DNA from: a bacterium
GTDB lineage: Bacteria; Armatimonadota; Chthonomonadetes; Chthonomonadales; CAJBBX01
Direction: 5' to 3'
Length of the DNA: 64,000 nucleotides
Assembly: GCA_021811565.1 (NCBI GenBank)
Contig: JAJZOL010000206.1
Coordinates: 9,105 to 73,104, forward strand
A model generated the notes under the pieces. It ran no database searches. It saw only the letters and a list, made by a program, of their open reading frames with translations, and was not told the origin of the DNA. Positions 29,610 to 39,361 of the stretch are shown piece after piece. Within the stretch, counting starts at the first letter, position 1; each line of letters opens with the position of its first letter. Both the position numbers and the translations under genes were made by a program.

Positions 29610-30806
29610 TTATAGTGGTGGAATCTCAGCGTTGGTTGGTTCTGAATTGAGAGATTCCCATAATGCGCGTTGATTAGGGGTCATAATCATTAATATACGA
29701 GTTTGCAACTCCTCCCGCTGCACTTTCATTTCATTTGTTACGTCAATGTTTTGTCCGGATGCCGCACTGTTGATCATGGATACCGTTTGATCTCTCTGCG
29801 CCGCAAGACTCTCTTCGATAACCGTATACTGATCCTGGGACAGTTGGAAGATATTGGCGATGGCGGGATGAAGCAATGCGGCGACGCCTTGTCTTCGTAT
29901 GGCAAGCTGGAGCAATGCGATATCCTCCCGGCTTAAGTTCGCACCTAACGGAGCAGGCTGAGAAATCACAATGGGCGAAGGAGGAGGAGGTGTGTCCCGT
30001 TGAGAGAAGGCGTATCCCCCCGCTGTGGCTAATGCACCGAACAAGCCAATTGCCGTTGCAGGTTTCCAAGCCATTCGAAATAGCGCGAGATGAGTTGGGG
30101 GATAAAGACTGTCGACGAAAAGATTCACCGCATTCGGCAAAGGATGACGCATATGTTTTGTTTGATCTATCGCATATTTGATTCTGGCGGGAAGATAGTC
30201 CGTCTTAATGGAGCATAGAGGAGTGTTCTCCGTAATGAATCCTGTTAGCGATTCATATGTGAACAAAGCGAGTGACTGAACGCCATCGGAATAACGGTGA
30301 GGGGTCAAATGTGCAGTGAGATTATTCATACAAAATGATCCGGCGGATCGATCAAAGCCGTAATCCACCAGAATCGCCCTGCCATCGCGATCCAAAATGA
30401 TATCTTGGGGTTTTATACGGGTAAAGGGTAGTTCGTATTCCTCCGCCGCTTTCATCGCATCAGCAAGGTCCAAAAGAATCGGCTTTATGTCGTTGATATT
30501 AATAAACGCTCTCTTATCCTTCCATTGGCGATATGACTCACCCTCCACCCACTCTCGTGTTATAATAACCGAATCATCCTTCTCGCGTACATCCATCACT
30601 TGAGCGAATCGAGGATGAAGACGTTTTTGGAGTTTGATCGCATGGCGGTAAATGGCGTCTTTGCGTAACCTGCGCTCATGTGATGTTAACCACAATAGCG
30701 GACGGTATTCCTTTTGCACCAAATGGATGCCGTTGGAGGACATTCGGCTCATCCCAAGGGATGATATGGGAAACTGAACGTGATTTTGTGATGATTGCTC
30801 TTTCAT
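29610..30806 (-). CDS. Membrane-anchored protein-kinase-like protein, predicted pseudokinase
   Basis: Kinase-fold landmarks are present (hinge ITREWVEGESY). The catalytic loop reads TRIKPQDI instead of HRDxKPxN and DFG reads DYG. No Gly-rich loop. TM helix ATAIGLFGALATAGGYAF, then a ~130-aa C-terminal domain. ATG 30806 follows GGGAGG, so I prefer it to the track start at 30821. Confidence 0.55.
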   Translation of the reverse strand: MKEQSSQNHVQFPISSLGMSRMSSNGIHLVQKEYRPLLWLTSHERRLRKDAIYRHAIKLQKRLHPRFAQVMDVREKDDSVIITREWVEGESYRQWKDKRAFININDIKPILLDLADAMKAAEEYELPFTRIKPQDIILDRDGRAILVDYGFDRSAGSFCMNNLTAHLTPHRYSDGVQSLALFTYESLTGFITENTPLCSIKTDYLPARIKYAIDQTKHMRHPLPNAVNLFVDSLYPPTHLALFRMAWKPATAIGLFGALATAGGYAFSQRDTPPPPSPIVISQPAPLGANLSREDIALLQLAIRRQGVAALLHPAIANIFQLSQDQYTVIEESLAAQRDQTVSMINSAASGQNIDVTNEMKVQREELQTRILMIMTPNQRALWESLNSEPTNAEIPPL

Positions 30807-30937
30807 GCTGATTCCTCCCATCTTGTAAGAATTATCGGAGCAAACATCTCAAAACATTAGTATTATTGAAAATCAAGTATTTCCGCCAGCGAAATCAGCT
30901 TCCCATATCGCTCTAATTGATGAAAAGTCCTATCAGG

Positions 30938-32308
30938 CTAAATAAGTAACCGGACGGGATATTCCAGTGTTTCCTTCAAGGATTGCAGGAACTTCGCAGC
31001 GGGTACGCCATCCAGCACTCTGTGGTCGAAGGAGAGACACAGATTCATCATGGGGCGTATTGTCACCTGATCGTCTATCACTACTGGTTTTTTCTGGATT
31101 TTACAAACGCCTAAGATACAGGATTGAGGAGGAACAATGATGGGATCGAACTCCTCGACGCCGAATGCGCCTAAATTCGTGATGGTGAATGTTCCATCCG
31201 AAAGGTCTTCCGTAGTTTGCTTTCCCGTGCGACACCGGTTGGCTAGCTCCTTCAATTCGACGGAAATCTGACCAAGGGTTTTCCTGTCCGCGTTCTTGAT
31301 AACCGGAACAATTAGACCGTCCTCCAACGCCACCGCCACGCCTATATTCTTCTCTTCGTAAACGAGAATCTCCTTATCGTTTAACGAGGCGTTGCATAAT
31401 GGGTGACGCCCCAATGTCTTGGCAACGCACATGATGAGTAAATCAGTGTAAGTGAGCTTGGTGTTGAATTTCCTCTGAACGTCCGGACGGATTTTCTCAA
31501 GGAATATCGAAGCTTCCGTCATATCCACCTCCATGGAGACGGTGACATGCGGAGCGGTGGAGCGGGATTTAGCGACCGTTTCACCTCCGATTCGCTTCAT
31601 ACCCTTGTATGGGATTACGGAAGCCACAGTTAAACCTGGTGTTACTGAAACAGGAGCTGGCTGAATTTGGGGTGTTTGCACGGCGGCTTGACGAATGTCG
31701 GCCGACATGATCCTTCGTCCGCCAGTTGTCGTGGCGAGTTCGGCGATATTCACTTGGCTTTCCTCCGCCATTTTAGCCGCCAAAGGTGATATTCTGACTT
31801 GCGAGGCGGTTGCAGGCTGGGAGAGAAAAGCGACGATATCTCTCTCTATGATGCGTCCCTGTGGACCCGATCCGACAATTCCCACTGCGGCTATATCAAT
31901 GCCCGCCTCTCTGGCTTTACGCTGGGCGCGCGGAGAAATCGCCATCGTGGCGGATGCGGGGGACTCGTTCATAGAGGATATCACTGTCGACGTTTTATTC
32001 GTCGTTACCGAAGAGGGTGCAGTGATATTTGAAGCTTGCTCGCCGGTTAGGAGTGCATCAATCGATTCACTCACGTCTCCTATGATGGCAATTGGAGTTT
32101 GAATGGGTACGGTTGCATCCACCGAGTGTAGGATTTTCCTTAACACGCCATCCATTGGCGACTCCACCTCGATATTCGCTTTGTCGGTGGTTATCTCAAG
32201 CAGAGGTTCGCCCTTTTTGACGGTATCCCCCTCCTTTTTGAACCATTGCAAAATGGTGCCTTCCTCCATTGTTTGACCCAGCATGGGCATTTTGAAATAT
32301 TCAGCCAT
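30938..32308 (-). CDS. 2-oxoacid dehydrogenase E2 (dihydrolipoamide acyltransferase) with one lipoyl domain and two subunit-binding domains
   Basis: Lipoyl TDKANIEVESP. PSBD-like ISPRAQRKAREAGIDIAAV..GSGPQGRIIERDI and ISPLAAKMAEESQVNIAEL...GGRRIMSADI. Catalytic SFDHRVLDG. The likely start is MAEYFKMPMLG at 32308, after GGAG. Confidence 0.85.
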   Translation of the reverse strand: MAEYFKMPMLGQTMEEGTILQWFKKEGDTVKKGEPLLEITTDKANIEVESPMDGVLRKILHSVDATVPIQTPIAIIGDVSESIDALLTGEQASNITAPSSVTTNKTSTVISSMNESPASATMAISPRAQRKAREAGIDIAAVGIVGSGPQGRIIERDIVAFLSQPATASQVRISPLAAKMAEESQVNIAELATTTGGRRIMSADIRQAAVQTPQIQPAPVSVTPGLTVASVIPYKGMKRIGGETVAKSRSTAPHVTVSMEVDMTEASIFLEKIRPDVQRKFNTKLTYTDLLIMCVAKTLGRHPLCNASLNDKEILVYEEKNIGVAVALEDGLIVPVIKNADRKTLGQISVELKELANRCRTGKQTTEDLSDGTFTITNLGAFGVEEFDPIIVPPQSCILGVCKIQKKPVVIDDQVTIRPMMNLCLSFDHRVLDGVPAAKFLQSLKETLEYPVRLLI

Positions 32309-32469
32309 TAATTCCTTATCTCCATTCGGTACTTGCGATATCTTCACTCAAATTTACCAAGGCTTATAAATCATAACTCCATATGATTATACACTGAAGG
32401 AGAAGCGTATCGCCATAAATAGAAAAGAAACGAAAATAAACTCCAATAAAATCGTAAATAAACGAATGT

Positions 32470-33528
32470 TCACGCCCGATCAGGGCCTATCAATTTCCTA
32501 TCAAGCATATCCTGAATAGGGGAGTCATCTATATCGAGCGGCAGATTCACTCTGCCTCTTCTTCGGCTGGATTCATAGCAGGCGAATATGATTTCGGTGG
32601 AATGAATCACACTGTCCGCTGACAATATGGTGGAGCCCCCTATATCCATGCTTTTGATCATGTCCGCTGCAGCGCGCGGAATCGCCTCTCCTCCGTGTAT
32701 TCCTTCTGATGTGGTTACGACGATCCAATTGGCATCCCCTCGACGGATATATCGAAGGGACGGGTCGCCCCATAAAATCTCCAGCATCCCGTTGGAACCC
32801 ACGGCTCTTATGGCGCAACCGATGTCTGAATCAGCGCCGGTTATCATCAACCCGCGAACCCCGTTTTCAAATTGGAACTGGCATATCGCCTGATCCTCCG
32901 CAGGAGCGCCGTAAACTCTTCTTCCGGTATGGCTTTCTATCTGCGCCAGCACCCATCTGGCGGGGACTTCGTTGTTGAAAAAAAACATCATATTCAGCCA
33001 ATGGGTGCCCCAGTCAAACATGTCCCCGGTATTTGCCTCCAAACGCACCAAATCCCCGATCGCCCCTTCGCGGATCAGTTCTCTGGCTCTCTGAAAAGGC
33101 TCAAGGTAACGCCTTTGATGATCGAAGATTAAGTTGACCCCTTTCTCCTTGCACGCAGCGTACATGCGTTTGCATTCACCCCACGTTACAGCCATCGGCT
33201 TTTCGCAGTGAATCGCTCTCACCCCTGCGTTGGCGGCTTCGATCACCATTTCGGAGTGGAGATGCGGCCACGTGGTCACGCTGACAATATCAAGGTTCTC
33301 TTTTGAGAGCATCTCCTTGTAATCGGAGTATACTTTTTGAGGGGAGTATTCTACGGCGAAGAGATTAGCCGCTTCCGGATCGATATCCGCTATGGCTGCG
33401 AGAACCACCCTTTCGGTTCTTTGATAACCGCGTATGTGTTCGTGCGCCATTCCAAAACCGGTGCTTCCTTCCGAACGGTGTTTTCGTCCGGTACCAATGA
33501 TGCCGTAACGATAGATTTTTTTCTGCAT
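32470..33528 (-). CDS. Gfo/Idh/MocA family NAD(P)-dependent oxidoreductase
   Basis: Rossmann N-terminus YRYGIIGTGR and EKP motif (HCEKPMA). ATG 33528 follows GGAGG. Confidence 0.8.
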   Translation of the reverse strand: MQKKIYRYGIIGTGRKHRSEGSTGFGMAHEHIRGYQRTERVVLAAIADIDPEAANLFAVEYSPQKVYSDYKEMLSKENLDIVSVTTWPHLHSEMVIEAANAGVRAIHCEKPMAVTWGECKRMYAACKEKGVNLIFDHQRRYLEPFQRARELIREGAIGDLVRLEANTGDMFDWGTHWLNMMFFFNNEVPARWVLAQIESHTGRRVYGAPAEDQAICQFQFENGVRGLMITGADSDIGCAIRAVGSNGMLEILWGDPSLRYIRRGDANWIVVTTSEGIHGGEAIPRAAADMIKSMDIGGSTILSADSVIHSTEIIFACYESSRRRGRVNLPLDIDDSPIQDMLDRKLIGPDRA

Positions 33529-33769
33529 GAGTTTACGCCTCCAAGAGTGATTGATGGGCATTGGATTTAATGCATTGAGACCTCATGCATACAATGTTAC
33601 CTGTATTGAATCATTTATTGAAGCGGCATGGCGCGTTTGTAAAAATGTGCTTGCGTTCGTGTCATGAATAGTAGCCGGATTGTAAGATTCATGCCCTATG
33701 GAAGGTGAGTGAGCGCGAACTTAGCCATATCCTGAGCTCCGGAAGTTCCATGTATGCTTAAGTGAACAA

Positions 33770-34780
33770 GTGATGAAAACGGACATTATAAAAGTAAACA
33801 AGGATAACCCAGATCCCGAGGTAATCAAGAGAGCGAGTGAGATTATACGGTCGGGGGGGCTTGTCGCCTTTCCCACCGAGACGGTTTACGGACTTGGGGC
33901 GAATGCGTTGGACACCGAAGCCGTTGAAAAAATCTATCTTGCTAAAGGGCGTCCCTCCAACAATCCCCTCATCGTGCATGTGGCGACCGTCGAGGTTGCA
34001 AAGAAGATCGTGGCATTTTGGAACGATGAGGCGGAACTTCTATCCAGACGATTCTGGCCCGGTCCTTTAACGATGGTTTTACCGAAGAGAGATATCGTGC
34101 CTGACAACGTCACTGGCGGCGGATCAACCGTTGCTGTTCGATTGCCTGCCCATCGCGTGGCGCATGACTTGATTTTAGCGTCCAAGGTTCCTATCGCGGC
34201 GCCTAGCGCGAACCGCTCCATGAGACTTTCTCCCACCATGGCGGATCATGTTAGGAAGAGCCTTGGCGGAAGAATAGATATGATTATAGACGGGGGGCCG
34301 ACTCTGGTGGGAGTGGAATCCACCGTGATTGATATCTCTAGAAACCCGGCGGTTTTACTTAGACCGGGCGGAATCACCCCCAATGAGATAGAGAGCGTCA
34401 TAGGTTCGATCGAGATTTTGAGCTTTGGGGATCAGGGGCATGTTGGCGTGATGAAGTCTCCGGGCATGTTGAAAAAACACTATTCCCCTCAAGCTCCGTT
34501 GGAATGCGTAGAGGGGGAACTCGACATAAAAGATATATTGCAACTGCATTCGGGAGAGAGAATTGGGATATTGCAGTATCAATCTCACACACCCATTTCC
34601 CGAGAGGATGTTGTTTGCATTGAGATGCCTACAAGCGCTCGAAAATACGCTGCCAGGCTCTATGCGGCGTTGCATTCAATGGACGATGCCGGTGCGATGA
34701 AAATATACGTGGAGATGCCTCCTGTCGGAGAGGAGTGGATGGCGGTCAGGGATCGATTAAGACGCGCCTCGGCAAAATGA
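33770..34780 (+). CDS. tsaC: L-threonylcarbamoyladenylate synthase (Sua5/TsaC, long form with Sua5 C-terminal domain)
   Basis: AFPTETVYGLGANA, KGRPSNNPLIVHV, SANRS. The protein is 336 aa long. Confidence 0.9.
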   Translation: MMKTDIIKVNKDNPDPEVIKRASEIIRSGGLVAFPTETVYGLGANALDTEAVEKIYLAKGRPSNNPLIVHVATVEVAKKIVAFWNDEAELLSRRFWPGPLTMVLPKRDIVPDNVTGGGSTVAVRLPAHRVAHDLILASKVPIAAPSANRSMRLSPTMADHVRKSLGGRIDMIIDGGPTLVGVESTVIDISRNPAVLLRPGGITPNEIESVIGSIEILSFGDQGHVGVMKSPGMLKKHYSPQAPLECVEGELDIKDILQLHSGERIGILQYQSHTPISREDVVCIEMPTSARKYAARLYAALHSMDDAGAMKIYVEMPPVGEEWMAVRDRLRRASAK

Positions 34781-35040
34781 AAGGGAATGACACTTTTGAG
34801 GCTTGAACGGATTACCCTTATTTTTTTCATTAAGTGTATAATGCAAAAAGCCATGCTTGGTAGGATAACCGTGTCAATAGTGAGTCAGGACTTAGACTCC
34901 GAGCGAATCGCCCTAAATACTCCTTTTCTTGCAGGCAACCCATTCCCATACATCTTATGCGGCAAACGGGAAATGTTTTCTTTGTATTCTATCTTTGTGT
35001 TAGATACCCGACCTGGATTTCTTACAAGGGGGGCGGCGAT

Positions 35041-38000
35041 ATGTTCGCAAGAATGAAAACCGTAATTATGCTATTGGGTTTGACTCAAATATTATGGAGT
35101 GGAGTTGCCATGGCGCAAAAAGTGATACCGACGGTTGACCCCAACCAAAAGGTTGGAGTGCGCCCCTATGAGATGGTGTGGGCGAATCGCAAGGAAACGT
35201 TGCCCCCCACTGTCACATTCGATAACCTTGATGGATGGACAATGCGGGTTTCGGGAGGCGCGGTGGCAACTTTCCAACCCAGTTTGGCGCAGACCCTTTA
35301 TGGGCGTCCGGTAGGAGAGTTGCGCTATCATGGTGATGGTGAAAACGGCTCGAATGCTCAAATCCTTATCACGCCTCCAAAACCGATATCAATTCCCGAT
35401 GATGCGGATGCGGTGAATATGTGGATTTATGGAAATCGATGGACATTCGGATCTGCCTTCCCCGATTCTCCATCGATTGAATCCACTCCGCCCGTATCCG
35501 TGACTCTGCTATTACAAGATGCCAATGGCCAATCCGCATCCATTCTCATCGCTCACATAGACTGGCCGCAATGGTTTCTTCTGCACGCATTGGTGCCGAA
35601 AACGCTGAAAAGACCTCTGCAATTAACGGGGTTGGAGATCAATGGCGGATGGCAATCCGGCTGGCGGGATATCTATCTCGAATCGATCAAATTCTACCGA
35701 CAGCAATTTCCACCACTGCATTTTCCTCCATTGCCCAAACGAAATCTGGCTCTTTTCCCCGGTCAGTCCCCTGGAGCCAACACAGGGAAAGGAAAACTGC
35801 CTTTTCCTACGCGCGAACAGACAATATTGCCAGTCAATTTGACGAACATATTTCATGACGATGTAAAAAGAACCGTCGCCAATCGATACGTTTTCGATTA
35901 TAAGGGAAGGGATTGTACGGTAGCCTACGAATTTGATGCAAATAGATGTTTTTCCGGACTTGACGCCAAAGTGGATGGCAAATATCTTGGGGATTTGATG
36001 GACGGAGGCGTGGTTCGACTTCAGGGAAATAACAATCCGACCGCTCAGTTGAAATCCTCAAATCTCAAAGACGGGATTGTGACGGCGGAATATACGGACG
36101 GCACGGTCCTGACCCTTCGCATATGGCAAAAATCCCTCGTAATGGATGTGAGGAATACGACTCGACGCGCAACGGCTCTTGAATTCGGAGAGTTATCAGG
36201 CTTAACTGATCCCCGTGTATTGTATATCCCCTTTTTGACGTACGGTGGAGGCAATGATCCCGGGGTGTTGCTCAGCAAGGCCGGCGGCAAATGGGTGTAC
36301 ACCTCCATATGGCCGGATTGGTATCGTTCCAACGGCAGCCAACTTTCCGCCGCTAACTACACGAATGGTAAAATCGCGCGTATCAATGGCGCGGTGACAT
36401 ACACCCCGTTAACGAATGGCATACTGAATCCCATGTATGAGAGGTTGTTCATCACAGTCTCGCCTTCCTTGGAGGAAACTTTGCCTACAATCGCCAATCC
36501 GGTTGGTTTGCATGCGAAACTGGCGGTAAATCGCTTGTGGCAGGAATCCTGGGGCCCGGATAACTATGCCACGGAAGAGAAGCGCAGTTCAATGTTGCGC
36601 GCATATGGGATCAAACGGCTGATTCAATGCAACCATGAGATATCATGGCGAGACCATGGAGAGAGTTTCACCTTGAGAACCCACGCAGCTCCGATACGAG
36701 GAGGTGCCAAAATTGTGGACGGAGAACCGGTGGTGGGCGGAGGCGACAAGAAACTGGAAGAATATGTTGCACATCAGGAATCGCTTGGATGGCTTAGCGG
36801 TCTGTACTCCAACTATAGTGATTACGCACCTATCAATCGACACTGGACACCGGAGAAGGTGATATTAAATCCGGATGGAACATGGGGAGGGGCTTGGTAC
36901 CGATGTTGGGCGTTGAAACCGTTGGCTGCGGTTCAGTTTGATGCGGAGATCGCTCCGCAGATTGAAAAAAGATACCGATCCAACTCGGCGTATACCGATG
37001 TTATGACTGCGGTACCCCCATGGGGTCGCACCGATTACGATCCTCGCGTTCCAGGAGCTGGCACTTTCGCACAGACTTTTTACGCATACGGCCAACTCTT
37101 GCGAAACGACTCTCGGGTATATCACGGACCGATCTTTTCAGAAGGCACGTATCAGTGTTTTTACGCTGGTTTGCCGGATGGAAATTATGGTCACACATAT
37201 AATAATCGGCCGCTTGCTACGGAGCCATTATTGCCCGTCTTTGACCTTAATCAAATCCATACCAAGGAGTGCGATATCGGTGTAAGTTGGACCACATCCT
37301 ATTGCGATGCGATACCGAATTGGCAAGCGCCTCAAAATATAGACAATGCGATAGATCGCTTCATTCTGACCACCATGGCTTATGGACATATCGGATGGTT
37401 GGTGGAGGAGCAATACGGTATCGAGAGGACGTGCAGGTCTTACTATATGTTGCAACAGGTTCAGGCACGTTACGGACTGAAAAAACCGCTCCGAATTGCT
37501 TATTGGGATGGCTCAAAGTTGGTCGGGGTGTCGAAGGCGGTGGAGGAGGGATTGCCAGCAAGTAGGCGGCAACTCTATGTCGAATATCCGGGAGGGCTTC
37601 GACTCTGGCTGAACGACAGTCCCAATGATTATTGGAAAGTGCGAATCGGCAAGAATATTCACATCCTCCCACCAGCCGGATGGGCGGTGTTTCAGAAAAA
37701 GAGCCGTAGGGGCCCCCTTCTCAGCTTTTCTGAACTCCATGATGGATCCAAGGTGGACTATCTCCATTCCAATGCATACATCTACCAAGACGGAAGGGGG
37801 CGGTGGTATATGACTTCCGATGCGGGATCGAATGGAGCGTTGGCGATTGAGAACAAATCCCGAAACATACTTGGAATCACCCATATAACCGGAACCGGTG
37901 ATTTTATGATCGCACGCCCGTACGAGATGAAGGGGGTGGCGTTGGAATGCAAGACTTACGATGTGAATGGACAACGATTGGAAGACGCCAAATTCAAGGA

Positions 38001-39126
38001 TAGCGGCGATCAGACGTGGATCACGCCGGTACCGAACGCTCTGAAATACGTTCTGCGATTTTCCGGAAAGAGTGCGTGGAGTATCCATCCGGAACATGCC
38101 GAAGTCGTTCCGGGAGGCAAGGTTCGTTTATTGACGATAAACCGAAAAACGTCCCAATGGCATAGCAGCGAGGGAAGCGTTGATAAGGGAGAGCTTGTGA
38201 TTCCGTCTAACGCGAAGATCGGAGACTGGATAGATATTCAAGCTAAATCTGGCGTCGATTTGCGAACGACACGTGTGTTGATTTGTCCTCCGGTGCGATG
38301 GGAGTGGAGTTTCGAAGCCAACCCCAAGGAAACACTGCTGATGCTCACTCCGCAATGGAGACTGACAGGGTTGCACAAGATAAAGATGAGAGTGGTTGTT
38401 ACCACTTCCGAAGGTTGGAATGTATCTCCCGCATATTACTCCTTCTCATCGTTGAACCCTCCGCGCAAACTGCAATTTAGGGTCTCTTCCTCATTGGCGG
38501 CGGGAGAGATTGGACACCTTACGGTAAGCTTGGAAGGGTTGCCGCAAACAATGCAGGAGGACTTTCAACTGGTTCGGGAATATCAAAAAACGAAGATTCA
38601 AAACCTCACCAATATCTCCTACTCATGGGGAATCTGTCTCAGAGGCGGTCAGGAGGAGCCTAACGAGGGGAATACAGGGGCGATATTCGATCCCGGCGAG
38701 GATTTATCCGTTGGAGGCGTTGTCAAACGCGGTATTTTCATGCATCCGCCTTATGCGGAGGGGGTTGGTTATACATGGGCAATCTCCGATCCTATCCTTC
38801 TTCCTTCGAATCCTTGCCAGTTCCACTGTTATGCCGGAATCAGAGATGGAGGGGATCCTAGCGATGGGGTGTGGTTCACCGTATACGTGATCACCGGTAA
38901 GGATAAGAGGGTGAAAATTGGAGAGATTACCGCAGAGCAGCATGAATGGAAGGAGTTTCAAGGCGACCTAAGCCCGTTCGAGGGGAAAAAAATACGTATC
39001 ATGCTCAAAGGCGATGTGGGGCCAAATAACAACTCCACTGCAGATTGGGGGGCTTGGGGTGAGCCGGAGATTCGCTTGTCCAAACCCTCCGTGGAAACAA
39101 TCATTGCACGCTCAAATGCGGAATAA
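35041..39126 (+). CDS. Very large secreted protein of unknown function (possibly glycan-active; C-terminal NPCBM-like beta-sandwich)
   Basis: The track ORF begins at 34957, but ATG 35041 follows AAGGGGGG and yields signal peptide MFARMKTVIMLLGLTQILWSGVAMA-Q. No catalytic family recognised. The last ~190 aa (GIFMHPPYAEGVGYTW...VWFTVYV...WGAWGEPEI) resemble carbohydrate-binding sandwich modules. Confidence 0.6.
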   Translation: MFARMKTVIMLLGLTQILWSGVAMAQKVIPTVDPNQKVGVRPYEMVWANRKETLPPTVTFDNLDGWTMRVSGGAVATFQPSLAQTLYGRPVGELRYHGDGENGSNAQILITPPKPISIPDDADAVNMWIYGNRWTFGSAFPDSPSIESTPPVSVTLLLQDANGQSASILIAHIDWPQWFLLHALVPKTLKRPLQLTGLEINGGWQSGWRDIYLESIKFYRQQFPPLHFPPLPKRNLALFPGQSPGANTGKGKLPFPTREQTILPVNLTNIFHDDVKRTVANRYVFDYKGRDCTVAYEFDANRCFSGLDAKVDGKYLGDLMDGGVVRLQGNNNPTAQLKSSNLKDGIVTAEYTDGTVLTLRIWQKSLVMDVRNTTRRATALEFGELSGLTDPRVLYIPFLTYGGGNDPGVLLSKAGGKWVYTSIWPDWYRSNGSQLSAANYTNGKIARINGAVTYTPLTNGILNPMYERLFITVSPSLEETLPTIANPVGLHAKLAVNRLWQESWGPDNYATEEKRSSMLRAYGIKRLIQCNHEISWRDHGESFTLRTHAAPIRGGAKIVDGEPVVGGGDKKLEEYVAHQESLGWLSGLYSNYSDYAPINRHWTPEKVILNPDGTWGGAWYRCWALKPLAAVQFDAEIAPQIEKRYRSNSAYTDVMTAVPPWGRTDYDPRVPGAGTFAQTFYAYGQLLRNDSRVYHGPIFSEGTYQCFYAGLPDGNYGHTYNNRPLATEPLLPVFDLNQIHTKECDIGVSWTTSYCDAIPNWQAPQNIDNAIDRFILTTMAYGHIGWLVEEQYGIERTCRSYYMLQQVQARYGLKKPLRIAYWDGSKLVGVSKAVEEGLPASRRQLYVEYPGGLRLWLNDSPNDYWKVRIGKNIHILPPAGWAVFQKKSRRGPLLSFSELHDGSKVDYLHSNAYIYQDGRGRWYMTSDAGSNGALAIENKSRNILGITHITGTGDFMIARPYEMKGVALECKTYDVNGQRLEDAKFKDSGDQTWITPVPNALKYVLRFSGKSAWSIHPEHAEVVPGGKVRLLTINRKTSQWHSSEGSVDKGELVIPSNAKIGDWIDIQAKSGVDLRTTRVLICPPVRWEWSFEANPKETLLMLTPQWRLTGLHKIKMRVVVTTSEGWNVSPAYYSFSSLNPPRKLQFRVSSSLAAGEIGHLTVSLEGLPQTMQEDFQLVREYQKTKIQNLTNISYSWGICLRGGQEEPNEGNTGAIFDPGEDLSVGGVVKRGIFMHPPYAEGVGYTWAISDPILLPSNPCQFHCYAGIRDGGDPSDGVWFTVYVITGKDKRVKIGEITAEQHEWKEFQGDLSPFEGKKIRIMLKGDVGPNNNSTADWGAWGEPEIRLSKPSVETIIARSNAE

Positions 39127-39318
39127 AGGGATGGATGAATGGTGTGATTTATAGCGAAGCTCATAGGAGGACAATTAAATCTTTTCCATGAAATTTAAAC
39201 TAACGGGCTATGAGTGCGTTTCGACGTTATGGATGGCAGGAAAAGTTTTCCTGACTTCGAATAACCAATTATGTTTGATCATTCGCCCTTCCGGAACGAA
39301 TGGGTTTATTCAAAATGA

Positions 39319-39347
39319 TTGACTATGATTTTTTTTTGCGTTAAAAT
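39319..39347 (+). promoter_or_regulatory. Near-consensus sigma-70 promoter (TTGACT-17 nt-TAAAAT) driving the three-gene cassette
   Basis: TTGACT at 39319-39324, a 17-nt spacer containing a T9 run, TAAAAT at 39342-39347. Confidence 0.45.
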
Positions 39348-39361
39348 ATCTGTGTTAAATC

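Noticed and set aside
37513-38097. 194-aa minus-strand ORF, plus many 60-130-aa ORFs throughout the window
   Set aside because: They sit inside longer, better-supported genes on the opposite strand or in another frame. I treat them as chance ORFs.
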